From Parasitella parasitica NRRL 2501 (Eukaryota; Fungi; Mucoromycota): 64,000 nt of DNA. Positions 41,601-55,006 of the stretch are shown here, in pieces. The notes under the pieces are model-generated. The model saw nothing but the letters and a program-made list of their open reading frames with translations, was not told the DNA's origin and made no database searches. Position 1 is the stretch's first letter. Every line of letters begins with the position of its first letter. A program made the translations under genes and the position numbers. The stretch is taken from assembly GCA_025201805.1 (NCBI GenBank), contig MU619251.1, positions 62,001 to 126,000 on the forward strand, written 5' to 3'.

Positions 41601-42229
41601 TCCTGAAGGTTGATCCAAAGTTGAAAACTGGAAATTGAATATGAGGTTTGGGATCTAAACATAGCAAAATCTGAAAAATGCTCAGAGATGCATGAGACTC
41701 GAATATGTTGTAGAATGGTGCAAAAAAAATATTTTAGCGTAATATATATCTCTATTGTTTAGTAGTTTGCAAAGATACTAAAGATTGCAGATTATTGCTT
41801 TAAAGGGGGGGGGGGAGATAATGTTCATGATAAAGAGGCCTTTATTTTAACCAGAACATGAAGTTGCGTAAAATCAGCTTTTAAATGCCGTAGTATGCTG
41901 TCTCTCAGCTATGAATTCATATTGAGACATATCCAATTTACCTATTAGGATCATGCTGTTATGCGCAGAGGATATATAAATATGATCTGCTAAAAAAAAA
42001 GTATAACTTTATAAAAATAAAATCAGACACAAAAACTAATGACTTTATTGATAAGAAAATGCCATCTTTTTATACTAGATTATATCTATTGTAACACTAT
42101 TTGTCATCATGGTTAAACATTGAACTTGGTATGTAATACCAAGTTTATTACATGTTCTACTGTACATTAATAGCTTATTCCTTGTCATTGTATACAAAGA
42201 ATTACCAATCTAATAATTGCTTAATCTCA

Positions 42230-42990
42230 TGCCTTTCTGGCACAACAACTAGCTCCAAGCGTGCTTTGGTATCCTTCATGTTTCTAATCATACGCTCGCC
42301 AAGACAAAGCACAATTAGCCTTTCGTAGTAGTGCTGAATAAGATCTAAAACTGTCTTTGCAGCGTTGAGTTTGATGCTAGGATTGTTATCGCTGGTACGC
42401 ATCAACACACGCAAAAAAAAAAATTCTACCCAAGCGTATAGCTGCTGGTCCTCCTTGCTCATGCTCCTGGTGGTGATTTCTGTTTTTCGATCAATATGAA
42501 ACTCTTTGCAACTCCATAAAACCAAAACTTACCCTGCACACGCTTCCATAGTTGAATGGCTTGGTTGAAATAGATTCTCTCGAGTCCATGATGGCGTCTT
42601 GGATCATGAGTACAGCTGCATCAACAAACTTCATGCCTTGTTTGGCTTGATTTTGCATCGCTGATTATTCTTGGGATGCAATCAACTGATCAAGCTGGTC
42701 CAATCCGTTTTGTCAACACTTTACCTTGACACTCATGATATTTGCTACCAAATCCTCGCCGAATTGGTCAATGGCCAGTTCACAAGACTCAAGGTCATCC
42801 CCAGTCAAGAGCTCAGGGACAGTTTCTGGGTCGACCTGTATTTGTGCAGGCGCGAGCTCTTCCTCGTCGTCTTTGGCAACAACGATGGGAATGCGCGCTG
42901 ACAGTAGAGATGGACTATGGGTAGCCGAATCAACGCTGTTGACAGATAACGCATCAAAACTTGTCCAATTAGTGATGCTCTGGTCCACCA
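42230..42990 (-). pseudogene. CEP104-like TOG/HEAT-domain gene fragment, disrupted
   Basis: PELLTGDDLESCELAIDQFGEDLVANIMSVKVKC*QNGLDQL...AAVLMIQDAIMDSRESI/NQAIQLW...VLMRTSDNNPSIKLNAAKTV. Stops at 42713-42715 and 42665-42667, plus a frameshift. Confidence 0.6.
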
Positions 42991-43203
42991 TTTGATTGTC
43001 TGCATGTCCTTTGACTACAAAATTCGATTTGACATTTCTACATATAAGTAAATTTTTCACTTGAAAGGCTTATTTTCTTTTCTTTTCACAAAGATATCAT
43101 TATAAATTCAAGTATGTCTAGAAAATTTAAGAAACCATTTTTAACCAATGTTGGATGTTCGAACATTGGTTACTGACTCTACTAATAAAACAAACTAGAA
43201 ATA

Positions 43204-44880
43204 ATGCCTTACAACACACCTGCAAAGAAGGGCCGTCCGACTGGTTCAAAAAGCAAGCCTGGATCCAAGACTCCAGGTCCCAAACCTGCTCATTTAGTGA
43301 ACCAGGCCCGATTAAGCTTTTCAGTTGCTGCTAAAGCAACAAGAAACATTCTTGGGAGCGAAACACCATTTGCAGTGGGCACAGTGGCAGTAAACTTAAA
43401 TCAGCCTTTGGGTAATGAAAACGATGCAGCTGTAAACATTGATAAGGTGAGCGATTTAGATTTTTTCAATGATTATAGCCTTTTAATGTAGGTTATCATA
43501 ATAGATTGTCGAAGAGAAGACAATCCAAAATAAAAAGCTACAAGTAATTAAAGATTTCGATGGTCTCTCTGTTGACACTGAACACAACGCCATTTCCAAT
43601 AATAGCGAAAATGAGGTACTACACAAACTTATAATATGACTGAGTTCGCAACCTGATACATCGTTAATTTTAGGCTGGCAAGAGTGTTGTCGACAATCAA
43701 GCAGAATTGCTTAATGAAGGTGATCGATTTAAAAATAACGAAGAAGCAATAATCGATGAGCTTACTGAAGAGCAATTTCACTCGATCGAAAATCAAATCT
43801 CGGAGATTCCTGAGAATGGATGGCTTGACAAGTACCTCGATTCAATCCAAGAGAAGCTCAAAGGTGGTGCCGAACCTGATGAATACAAGAAGGACACACT
43901 ATGGATTAATCCTTCTAGCACATCTCTCGTATTAAAGAAAAAATTGGATCCTGAATTGCTTTACCTGCCTAGAGTGTGCATATGGTTTCCGCAATTTCTG
44001 GCCAAGACGCCCTTAAAATGCCCAACTTCTTAAAAGTCCCTTCTCGCTAAAGAATGGGTACAAAAGACAAAGGCCAGAAGAATCATCGATTTGGATGCAT
44101 TGACAAATGTCTTTTTTAGCTGCTTCTATCTTTTAGGTGTTAGATTCAAATGTACCAACAAGACAGCCGTACATACTTTCATGGGATATCGATCTGACAT
44201 CGTGAAGCAATTGCCTGCGTCTGTACGAGCTGATTTCCCCGCTGTGTTGACACATCGCTCCGGATTTTCTACCCAGCTTTTGAGATTGTTGCGCCCACAG
44301 TTCCAAAACGCAACCGGCTCCCATAGAATGCGTCAAATTCTAAGGATAAACCATACGTAAAGATTTGGTAAAATTCAGTTCCAGTACTATGATGCTGTAA
44401 AAGACAAGCTAAGAGAACAATTCAAGGCCAAAGCATTAATCGGCAACTCATCACCCGCAACAGTATATCCGAAATTTTCATCATTTGGTGACAAGAATGG
44501 TTATAATGGATATGTACCTTCAGCAAAGTATTTAAGTCATGTATACTGCTCTATCATAGCCGAACTAAGACCTTACATGGACCAGCACGCTTCGTTGTTA
44601 GATGGTGTCGTCCTAAAAGGAGACCATTCTTTTAAGGTATGCTATGTAAATCACACATAAAATTGTTGTACTCAATTTTTGAACTGTAGGTCATTGATCA
44701 TATGGCCAAAATAAATGGCGTATCTACGTTTTCCTATCTTTACACTGTATTGAATGAATATGAAGAGATTCGTCTTCAAGTGCTCGCGCCCACTAAATCA
44801 TTGGATCATCTGGCTTCTTCTTTTAACAATATGATGGAAAGCTACACCAGATATGGATTTCAGATGCCTGAATTGTTGTA
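43204..44880 (+). mobile_element. Intron-containing DNA-transposon transposase pseudogene (DUF6729-like), 3'-truncated
   Basis: AT-hook-like KKGRPTGSK. Motifs LYLPRVCIWFP..LKCP, ARRIIDLD, QLP...FPAVLTHRSG, GYVPSAKYL, LKGDHSFK and TVLNEYEEIRLQVL. In-frame stops at 44031-44033 and 44358-44360. Confidence 0.65.
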
Positions 44881-45150
44881 ATCGAGCTTCACAAAAACGA
44901 CATGTTTGATGCCGGCAAGTGTACCAAACCTGTTTTGCTTCTTTATTTAGGAATTTCGGACATGGTTTACTTGCAAAATTTGTTACTTGCTATATGCTCA
45001 GATGCTATAACGTCTTCAAAATTTTGTTTTTGCGATATCTCCATAAGAAAGATAGATATCTAGAAGTGGAGAATGTAGTGAGATACAGTTATTGTACTAG
45101 TTTTAGGATGTAATACTTGGCTTGCATCCCAAATCCGCACGAGTATGAAA
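44880..45150 (+). repeat. Dispersed non-coding repeat, copy 2
   Basis: Direct-orientation homolog of 41320-41600. It begins where the transposase frame ends. Confidence 0.8.
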
Positions 45151-48100
45151 AATCAGACTTTTTTAAACCATCCCAATTCTCATTTTCCTTTAGAGCTTCT
45201 CCATAGATTTTGGGGGAAAAAAAAGCTTTGATCTCAAATTTAATGCTGCAAAGAAAGTTTAAAACTATAACATTATTAGTGATGCCCTGCTTACCGCGGC
45301 CACCAAAAATTGTCACTGCCTACTACTGATAAAGGTTAATGCCCATTGCATTCACTGTTTTCTTGTATAACTATGTGTATACTTTCAAATGTATTGTTAA
45401 CCTATTATTCTCGTCCATTATATGATGATTTTTCTTGGAATTAAGTGAAAAGAAAAAGAAAAAAAATTGACTTAGTATATTAGATTCAAGCTTGACAGCC
45501 ACGTATTATATATACTACTAGATGCAAAAGTTGGTGCTTATAATTCAACTCTTTTTCATAACACATAATATCTGCGTTTTGCTGTATTTCTTAAAAATCT
45601 TCTCAGATCGGCTGCAAATGTATTCAGTCTACACAGTCCTCTTCCTGTCTATAAAGAGCGTTTTGAGTTAAATTGCAAGTATAAAACGTGTTAGCAGCGA
45701 TGTATATCAACATTTGATTTGCATGTATTAGTCGATCTCTCAGTACAAGGATATTTTCAACTAGTTCAGCCTTCATTCTTACAAGTAGAGTCCATGCTTT
45801 TCGCTTTTAGCCGCGAGACCTTTGCAGTTGTCATATAAGACGTGTTTCTTTTAGAAAAGAATGAAATGAAGAATATGGTATCGCACTTCAATATTGCAGT
45901 TGGATTAAACGTGACATAGAAGAAGGGAGCCGACCATTTCTCAACGTTACGAATTAGGATTACAAGCCCATTTAAATTAAACTGCTGAAAATTTTGACAT
46001 AGTGTTAGTATATGATAAAAACAAGGAGAATCCCCACCTTATTTCATGTTGCAGATACGACTGTACTATATGCTTAAATATTCAGCTTGATACGCACAGG
46101 CCTCAGGAGAAACCAGAAAAACATTGTTATTTGTATATGTTTATTGAGACAATTTGGCGACCTTAGCACGGCTAAACAACTCTGTTGTTGTTTTCTTCCA
46201 GGAGTGCATTTGTTTGCATTTGCTATGTTATATGATACAGATCCTGTTTAGTGCCTCCCATTTAGCATTAAAAACCAAAGCACACTACACATACAGGATA
46301 CAGTAACAGCTGTTCTTATACACACCATATCTGTTCGTTCAAGCGATGCGTGTAGTATTTTACGAAAAAAAAAAAAAACCACACAAATCCAGTAATTTTC
46401 ACATTTCTTGCATTTCTAGACCTTAAAGATATCTAGTTCAGTACATCAGTTGCAGTGTGAAGGAGGTCTACCGTATGTCCGAAAACTATGCGCTTTACTG
46501 TATGTTAATATAAATATAGAGTTTGTGTAGCAGTTGCGATTTTCACGAGGAAGAAAAAAAAGAAAGTGTTTACACTGGTGATCCCATGGTGATTTTGTTA
46601 TATTGACAATATCATAACTTAATACACGGGTGTTTCAAGAGTGAGCTAAGTATATAAATAAATAAATATATACTATACTTTTAATACAATACATGCATCA
46701 CGTACACACCACTTGATGTTATCCTTGAGATGAAAGCATATGATAATTATAATGTTTTTCAAAACGAATGTAAATGCCCCTTCTCCTCTTTATGTGTAAG
46801 CTTCGTTGTTTTACGCAACTAAAATTCAAAAAGTTCTAGATTTTTGCATTTTTTATATTTTTTGTATGGTAAACATAACAGGTTTTTCATAGCACAAATT
46901 CAAATATTTGTCGTAGGGTTGATTAGAAGCGTAAACGACTTTGAATCTAATACGTAACGCAGCCTTACACATACTACTAGACAAACCAATAAGAGTCATG
47001 TACAACAGTCGAAAAGTCAAGAGGTGTATAGATATGTACGCACAAAGTTTTTGCCCCATAATCCCATCTTTTAGCAAGTATTTTTAGTATAAAGTTTTGC
47101 CCTGAGCACAGCTTGTTTATTGTCAAGAGAGCAAGTTAAGTAAAAAGAACGATCAGGGAATCACCTGGATAGGAAATGCCATATCGTCTTTTTATTATTT
47201 ATTTGGATTGGACATCACGTTATTATACTGATGTCTGCTGTAGTGTAGTGAAAATTTGTCAACATAACTTATATTTAACAACACAGTTATATTTTGCATA
47301 TAGTATACATCAGACACTATCCACAAAACGCATTTTCTGGATGGATAGAATGAGATACAGAAGACATCAGCATCGAAAAAAAAAAATACTAAGATAGCGT
47401 AGGCGAGTATCCATAATAAACAAATCTCGCCCGGGTGTGGCTCCTTGAATGGCCCAACTTGATATGTTGTAAGGTGACAAAAAAGATCTTTGTCATACCT
47501 AGGGCAAATGCAATATTAAAAGAGACCTGTCGTGTAAAGATAGGTACGAAAAGTATGCTGTAAAAACAAAATGCACTAAACAAGGTGTATATATCTATGA
47601 AAGAACTAGATGCAAGACGAAGCATCATTAAAAAGATGGCATTCTATTTTCTATATCATTGTTGCTCTGGCCGGATGAGAGATCCGGACATTAGTTAGTT
47701 TTTAGGCATTATTCCAAGACCAAAATGTAGGACAAGCAGCCTTAATTTAGCAAGGTTGGATTATTCAGTGATTTCTTTGGTATCTGTCAGTCTGTGAGTA
47801 ATAATAAAAAAAAATAGAGAGCATTATGAATTATCCTCCTTGTTTTATCATGTGAGATATTAATATTTTATACCAAAATGCCTTATAGCGCTATCCTTAT
47901 ACAAAACATCAAGATTTCACTGAGTTGTGTCCATTGCTTATTTGAAAAGGCGATATTGGTCATTATGCAAGTGAGCGTCAGCCCATAATGATATACTACC
48001 AAGTTGACTGACCAACTTTTTCACTTTTTGAGGTTACTGAACTTTTTGTTTGAAACGCTTAAGTTTAAAATTTTACTTTTTGGTATAAATAAATGATTTA

Positions 48101-48234
48101 AAAGCACACTTCCTCCTCCTTTCTCTCTCTCTCTCTTTCTCTCTTGTATACATATATTCTTTTTCATTTACTTTGTAATATACATAAATAATTTATTCGT
48201 ACATATAAAAAAAAACCACAAAAAAGTAGACAAA

Positions 48235-51200
48235 ATGACTTCGACAGCTGTTAGGTGAGCGAGATGGCACAATATGCTAAACGCTTGACAATGTTATATT
48301 AAAACGTCTTTGCAGAGTCGCATTACGTGTACGACCTTTAACCCAAAAAGAACAATATTCCAACTGTACAGAATGTATTTCATTTATACCAAATCAACCA
48401 CAGATCTTAATTGGAAAAGACCACTCATTTACATATGATTATGTATTTGATACAAATTCGTTGCAACAGTCGATATATGAGACAAGTGTCGTACCCCTAG
48501 CAGAAAAATTTGTTGATGGGTAAACAAGTTGGATTTATTATTTACAAAATTTTTATTCTCTAACGTGATAATCATCAGTTTCAACGCAACTATCCTAGCT
48601 TATGGCCAAACAGGATCTGGAAAAACATTTAGTATGGGCACTGCCCTTGACGAGCACACTGATTCAGAGCAGCAAGGTAATCTAGCAGCATTGCACTATG
48701 CATGTATTTTATGATATTAATGTTTTCTTTACACATTACAGGTGTTGTCCCTAGATTCATTTATGATTTATTCCAAAGATTAGACGCCAAAAAGCAATCT
48801 CAGAAAGTGTTAGATTACCAAGTCTATGTTTCCTTTTTAGAGCTGTACAACGAAGATTTTGTAGATTTGCTAAATGCATATTCCCAGACACACAACAGAA
48901 AGAGATCGAATTCTGTCTGTCATTTTGCACCACCGCCTTGCGAGGTACAAATACGTGAAGATGTCCATGGCCAAATCTATTGGAGTGGTGTTCGCGAAGA
49001 GCCCTGCTCAAGTCCTGACGAGCTATTGAGATATCTCACCAAGGGGTCTCTGTGTCGCACAACCGGATCAACAGATATGAATTCCGTTTCTTCCAGATCA
49101 CACGCCATTTTTTCTGTCGTCCTCAAGCAAAAAGTGCCCGAAGCTAGCAGCGAAGATGCCGTCGCCACTGAGCAAGACCAAACCGTGCCAACAAAAGACA
49201 CTGGCAGCAATAACAGCAATACGCTTGTCAGCAAATTCCATTTTGTTGATCTAGCTGGCTCAGAAAGAGTAAGCGTTTATTGATATTTGTATTTTGACAA
49301 AAAAAAAAAAAAAAATTTACCCCTGGATTTAATCATTTCTCGATTACATTAATAGTTGAAACGCACCAAAGCAGAGGGGAACCGCGCCCGTGAAGGCATA
49401 TCCATCAATTCCGGCTTGCTTGCACTGGGCAATGTAATCAGCGCATTGGGTGACGAGTCCAGAAAATCAGTGCACATTCCTTACAGAGACTCCAAGCTAA
49501 CTCGGCTTTTGCAAGATTCGCTCGGGGGCAACTCGCAGACGTTAATGATGGCATGTGTGTCCCCATCAGACTCCAACTTTTTGGAAACACTGAGCACATT
49601 AAAATATGCAAATCGTGCTCGAAATATTAAGAATAAAGTAACCATCAACCAAGAATTTGCAGGTTCCTCAGTCGAAGTGAATCAACTTCGAGCACAGGTA
49701 GCAAGATTAAAGTTAGAGTTGAATGCTCTTCGTGCCAACTTTACCCCTTCTTCAGGAGGCATGAAGTCAACAACAACAACAACAACAGCAGCAACAGACG
49801 GTAATGTTAGCTCATCTGACATGATGATCAATAACATGCTTTACAATAACGAAACTGCCGGTGGTGGATCAACTGCAGCTGCCAAGGCCCTCAAGGAGGA
49901 AATCGATCGATTAAAAGCTCGCCTTACATCCATGTCTGATGATATCTGCAGAATCACAACCGAAAGAGACTCCCTGCAAATGGAGAGAGAATTAGCACAA
50001 CACATGAACTCTGAAGAATGGCCAAATTTGATGGACCAGCTGCATCGTAGACCCTCCTCAGCTTCGCTCACAGACCCCAACATGCCAATCAGCTCTCTGC
50101 CTATCATCAGCCAATACCAAAAGACAATACAAAGCTTACGGACTGAATTAACTGACACTCAAGAAAGACTAGCGTTTTCAGAATCTATCCGTGCGCCATT
50201 AATGCACGCTATGGCTGTGCCACCAAGCGCAAATGCCACTCCTCACGCGTCTTTCAGAACCCACATTGAGCAGCAACAAAGGCAGCATTCGTCTACAACT
50301 AGTAGACGCCGTGGCATTGGCAAAAAGAGACGCAACCTCAATGGAAGTACAACCACTTCTAGAAATGTCACCTTTCGATCTACAAAACGCTCCAAAGTCC
50401 CCAACATGTCCACTGTTGTCAATAAGAATACCAGCTCTGTCACTGTTTACAACAAACAAAGCAGCAGCAGCGGCAGCGGCAGCGGCAGCGGCAGCGGCAA
50501 TAAAAACAACAATAGCTTGGATGACGACGATGAGCAAGATTTACAAGAATGGCTCAAGGCCACCATGGGCTCCATTCAAACATCCGAGTCCTCTGGCCTA
50601 AGAATAGACGCTAAAAACTCTATTTCCAATGCGAGATCGCAGATTGACAAGGCATTGAGAGTTCTGGACGAGTTCAAGGTATGCTTTAAAAATGGCCCAT
50701 AATCACCACATTCCTATTTTTACTGACACACATATTCACATGCTCAGATCAAGGAACCGGAGCCTGAAGCAAACCAGGCAAGTGTTTAACTCATACAATT
50801 ACAGTGCAATGCAGGAAAACTAACCGGATTACCATATAAAAATATAGGTTGAATACGACTGTGATCTTTTGAATGACGACGAACTGTTTATCAAGCTGCA
50901 ATCTGATGATATTCAAAGCCTGTTTGGCGATTTAGAAGAGCAAGAAACCAGTGCCACCACAGAAGATGTAAATAATCAATCATTGTCCTGCCACCTAAAA
51001 CACTTGAGACTAACCTCCTTGAATAGGATGAAACCTCTGCAAGTACTCCTCGTTACAGAATGGCCTCTACTGAAACAATGATGACTGACGACAATGATCT
51101 CGCTGACTTTTACGAGAGCAACCCTCAGCTTCATCGCATGCTCAACCAGATCCAAAGCGACATCCAAGTCAATGAAGACCTGGTGCTGCAACTGGAAAAG

Positions 51201-53990
51201 ACAGAAGTTGAGTACAGCCAAATGCGCAAGAAGTTTGAAAAGAAACTGTTTTCGCTCCGTGATGAAATCTTGAGTTTGCGTCAACAGCAGCAGCAACAGC
51301 AGCAGCAGCAAAGGAAAGAAGCCGCCGCTGCTGTCGCTGCTCCCGCCTCGACAACCACAACAGCCGCAGCCTACAACATGAACAGCATCCGCCACGCCTA
51401 CGAAGCCAAGATGAAGAATCTCATGACCCAATTGTCTGAATTGCGCCGCAAGTACAGCCAAACCTCAAGCACCATGCAAAGCTCTCGCAACCAAAATGAA
51501 AGCATGCTGCGTGCGTTGCGCGTCAATGTTGAGAGCCTCAAGGTAGAGAAACGCCGCATGATTAAACGCATGAAAGACGAAGCCGAGCGCGTCAAGGAAA
51601 AGCTGCACAACCATGAGCGCGAGATTCAGCAGTTGCGCCGCAAGCAAACAAAAGACAATGAGATCAAAAAGAAGCTTGAGCGCGAAGTCAAGCAAATGCA
51701 GCTGGTGATTGGCAAAAAAACAGACGAGTCTGTCGTCACGGCTGAAAAGCTCAAGTCTTTGGTCAAGATCCTCAAGAAGGCTGTGCGTGAGGGTGGCGTA
51801 CTCGATGAAAATCTGCTGGCTAGCTGTGGCTCTCTGCTGGATATCGGCTCGGCCTTGGTTCAGTCTTCTCGCGTAGGCCGTATGTCTCGCAGTAGACGCA
51901 ACAACAGCAACGGCAGAACAAATCGCCGTCGCCAACAAGAGTACCAGGGCATTACTGCAGAAGTAAGAGCGGCTAAAAAGAAGACCCTGTTGGACAACGC
52001 TCTGTATCAGCTCATTCAAGGAAAGCAGGCGGTTGAAGAAATGAGACAGCTGCTTGCCAAGCGAAACGACCTTTCTCAAAGAAAGATTGAATATCAGTCT
52101 GAGCGCGAGCTTTTGGTGCTCGATCAGGACACCAAAGATCTTTCTTCGATCGACAATGCGTTCAGACAAGTCATTGACGAAAACATCGAGACAGTCGAGG
52201 CTGAAATCTCGTACATCAATGCTCGCATCCATGCAATCCACAACGATGCTGCTGCAGAAATCATGCAAGAGGATGAAAACGACGACGAAATCATTGATAT
52301 TGGCTCCGTCACCAAAAAAAGAGTAACCTTTGTCGAAACAAACAATGTTCAAGAGCAAGAAGAAGACAACTGGCATGACATAGATGCTCTTGAAGAACGC
52401 TACAGTCTCCCCGCAAGCGCTGGCCCTGAGCAGTCGCTCGAAATGATCTCCAAGATATTCAAATCCTTGGCCGACGACGAAGCCAAGTACGTCATGGAAA
52501 CCGTAATTGACGATATTGTATTGCTTCGCATGGAAGAGCACAACAACAAGATGTCAATTCAGCAGCTCGAGAAGAATACCCAAGATCTGAGACGCACCTT
52601 GATTGTAATGAAGAAGGCCGCCATTGAAACAACCATTGAAAATGAAAAGCGACTGAAGCGGATGTCCCTGCAGCAGCATGGTGGTACCGGCAGCTCCCAC
52701 GCAAGTGGCTCTGGCGGATCTCGTCGCACTTCCATGTCCAGAGAATACTCGAGCTCCAAGATGAGCTGTCGTTCTTCGCCCACCAACGAAGACTCGAGCG
52801 ATGCCGACTCTGCAATCGATCTGCACAATGAAGACCAGTACCAGCATATCGAAACCATGTTTGAAAAGATCTACACCGATGGCCTTAGCGGAAAAATGCC
52901 CACTTATGACTATGGCGTGGCCATGGCTGAGGCCACAGCACCTGTCATGATGGCAGAGAACGAGCTCAGTCCTTACCTTCGTCCCCGTCCGGTCACAGCT
53001 CTGGCTGGATCAAAGGTCAGTTCAGACAAAAACGGAGTAGCAGTTCAAGCGCCCATGAAGCCGTCTACCTCGCCACTTGTAAGCCGCCGCCGTGATTCCA
53101 TGTCCTCGCCTGAGCAATTTCTGCTTCAATTTATGCAAACTCCCAAAGACGTCCGTCCACCTCCACCGTCTTCGCCGCTGATGAAACCTGCTGAATTCGC
53201 GAGATACCAACAGGACCGTGAATCCTCCACGAACTCTTCTGCTCGTAACAGCCGCAACTATGCTACCATTCCAAGACGCTCCTCCCTGCAATCAGACAGC
53301 GGCTCCTATTGTTCTATCTACTCCTCCAATCATGGATATAGCCAGCAAATGATCCGTGCTTCCTCCGGTGGTAAGCTCACTTCGTCTACGGCCTCCCACG
53401 ATTCAATGCTCAATACTGCTGGCGCCCCTCCTCCTCCACAACCACCTACTACTATACTCAGCCGTAGAAGAGCCTTTTCATTCCAACAACCTCCATCTCC
53501 TACGCCGCATGCTGCTCCTACTTACAACACACGTAGACGCTCATTGCTGCGAGAACTTTCAAATAACGAATCAGATCAGGTGCCTGTACATAACAACAAA
53601 CAACATTTTGATTACTCGAATCACGGAACTGCTCTTATCCCCACTTTCAGCAGCCACAACAACCTGGGATCAATGTATAGCGCAGGCAACAGTGGCAATC
53701 GTCCTCACTCTGTCTTGGCCTTTCATGCTGCCGCTGCTGCGTCCACGCCAAGACCCGTCAGTAGCAAAGCAGCTATATATCCTAGCGCAAGAAGAGAGTC
53801 TCCAAACAACTCGTTCGAACTGAGAAAGTCTGCTGTTGCAAATAATGTCTTTGATCGTTTGTCATCTGGCCATACACATGCTTCTCATGCGAAAAAGAAA
53901 CTAGGTGGCTATCAGCGTTATTCTTCTAGTAGCATTGATGATTTGCGTATGCAGTGGGCAAATGAATTATCAGAGCGAAATGAAGAGTAA
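48235..53990 (+). CDS. Kinesin-4 family motor (KIF4/KIF21/KIF27-like) with long coiled-coil stalk and disordered tail; multi-exon
   Basis: N-terminal motor: VALRVRP, P-loop [74 protein letters not shown]. Confidence 0.95.
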
Positions 53991-54141
53991 TCAAAATTTG
54001 GGAAGAAAAAAAAATCTGTCATATATTTACTTATCGATATTCATATATTTATCATTTAAATAAAACCAAAAACTGTTGTATATTATTATTACCATATAAA
54101 TAATACATGAATCTATCACTAATGACAATATCAAAGGCTTA

Positions 54142-54863
54142 TTATAATAGGGCGGAGGAAGGGCTAGATGTAAAAGATATGGTGTCATTCGGAATAGGCT
54201 CGAGAACAGTAAAAGGTGGCCTCGACATTGACAAAGTAGATGTGGATGTGGCAATGCTGAATCCGCTGCTTGCAAGGCTTAATTTAGTGCTTGTAGTAGT
54301 AGGAGGAAGAGAAGAAGGCTGCTTGTCTCTTTTCTGGACACAGATTGGCACAATACGATCGTCTCCTATACAGTTGATGTCAATTCCACCTCCAGGGATG
54401 CTAGAGCCTGTATACAATGTCAGGCAATTGGAGCTATAGTCAGTAGCATCCCAAGATCTGTTAAAGTAGCACGTATTAGCATTTGTATATTTGAAAAATA
54501 CATAACATACCTGATCCAAGCGTGAGACATTGGGCCACGACAGTTAAACAGTAGAGCGGTAGCATCCACAAAGTTTTGGTTTGAAATTGGAGCTAAATCG
54601 CCACCATATTGGCTGCACACTACAGCTGCATTCTCTTTGTTTGTTTCATGATGAGGAATGAAGAATGGCGATTCTTCCTGGCAGACTTGTTCATTTTCAT
54701 TGACATCTTGAGCCGTCAATAAAGAATCATTCATCATATCCGGGTGCTCCGACAGCAGACTGTTGCTGTTGCTGTTGATGTCGTTATGAAATATTGCTGG
54801 TGAAGCCCAAGAATTGGCTGTAAAAACTAGTGATACTACGAAAAAGCTTTTGCGAAACAGCAT
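54142..54863 (-). CDS. Secreted protein with C-type-lectin-like domain and S/T-rich tail; 2 exons
   Basis: Signal peptide. AAVVCSQYGGDLAPI...AWIR|SWD...NCLTL...INC...PICV pattern. Intron at 54458-54510. Confidence 0.65.
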
Positions 54864-55006
54864 GATATTCACACATATTCCGAATAAAAAGGCACAAGTA
54901 TTTATATATATTACCCCCCAAGAATGTTGAAGGCTATTTCAAACTTAAATGTTTATGTTTATTATTATTATCATCACCAACGCAAAAGGTCAAGTTTTAA
55001 ATGTAT

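Noticed and set aside
45300-48200. Long AT-rich stretch scanned for tRNA, snRNA or small genes
   Set aside because: No A/B-box cloverleaf, Sm site context or credible ORF found by eye; treated as the kinesin upstream region.
51465-52541. 358-aa minus-strand ORF
   Set aside because: Antisense to the kinesin coiled-coil exon. Codon bias explains the lack of stops, and it has no recognisable motifs.
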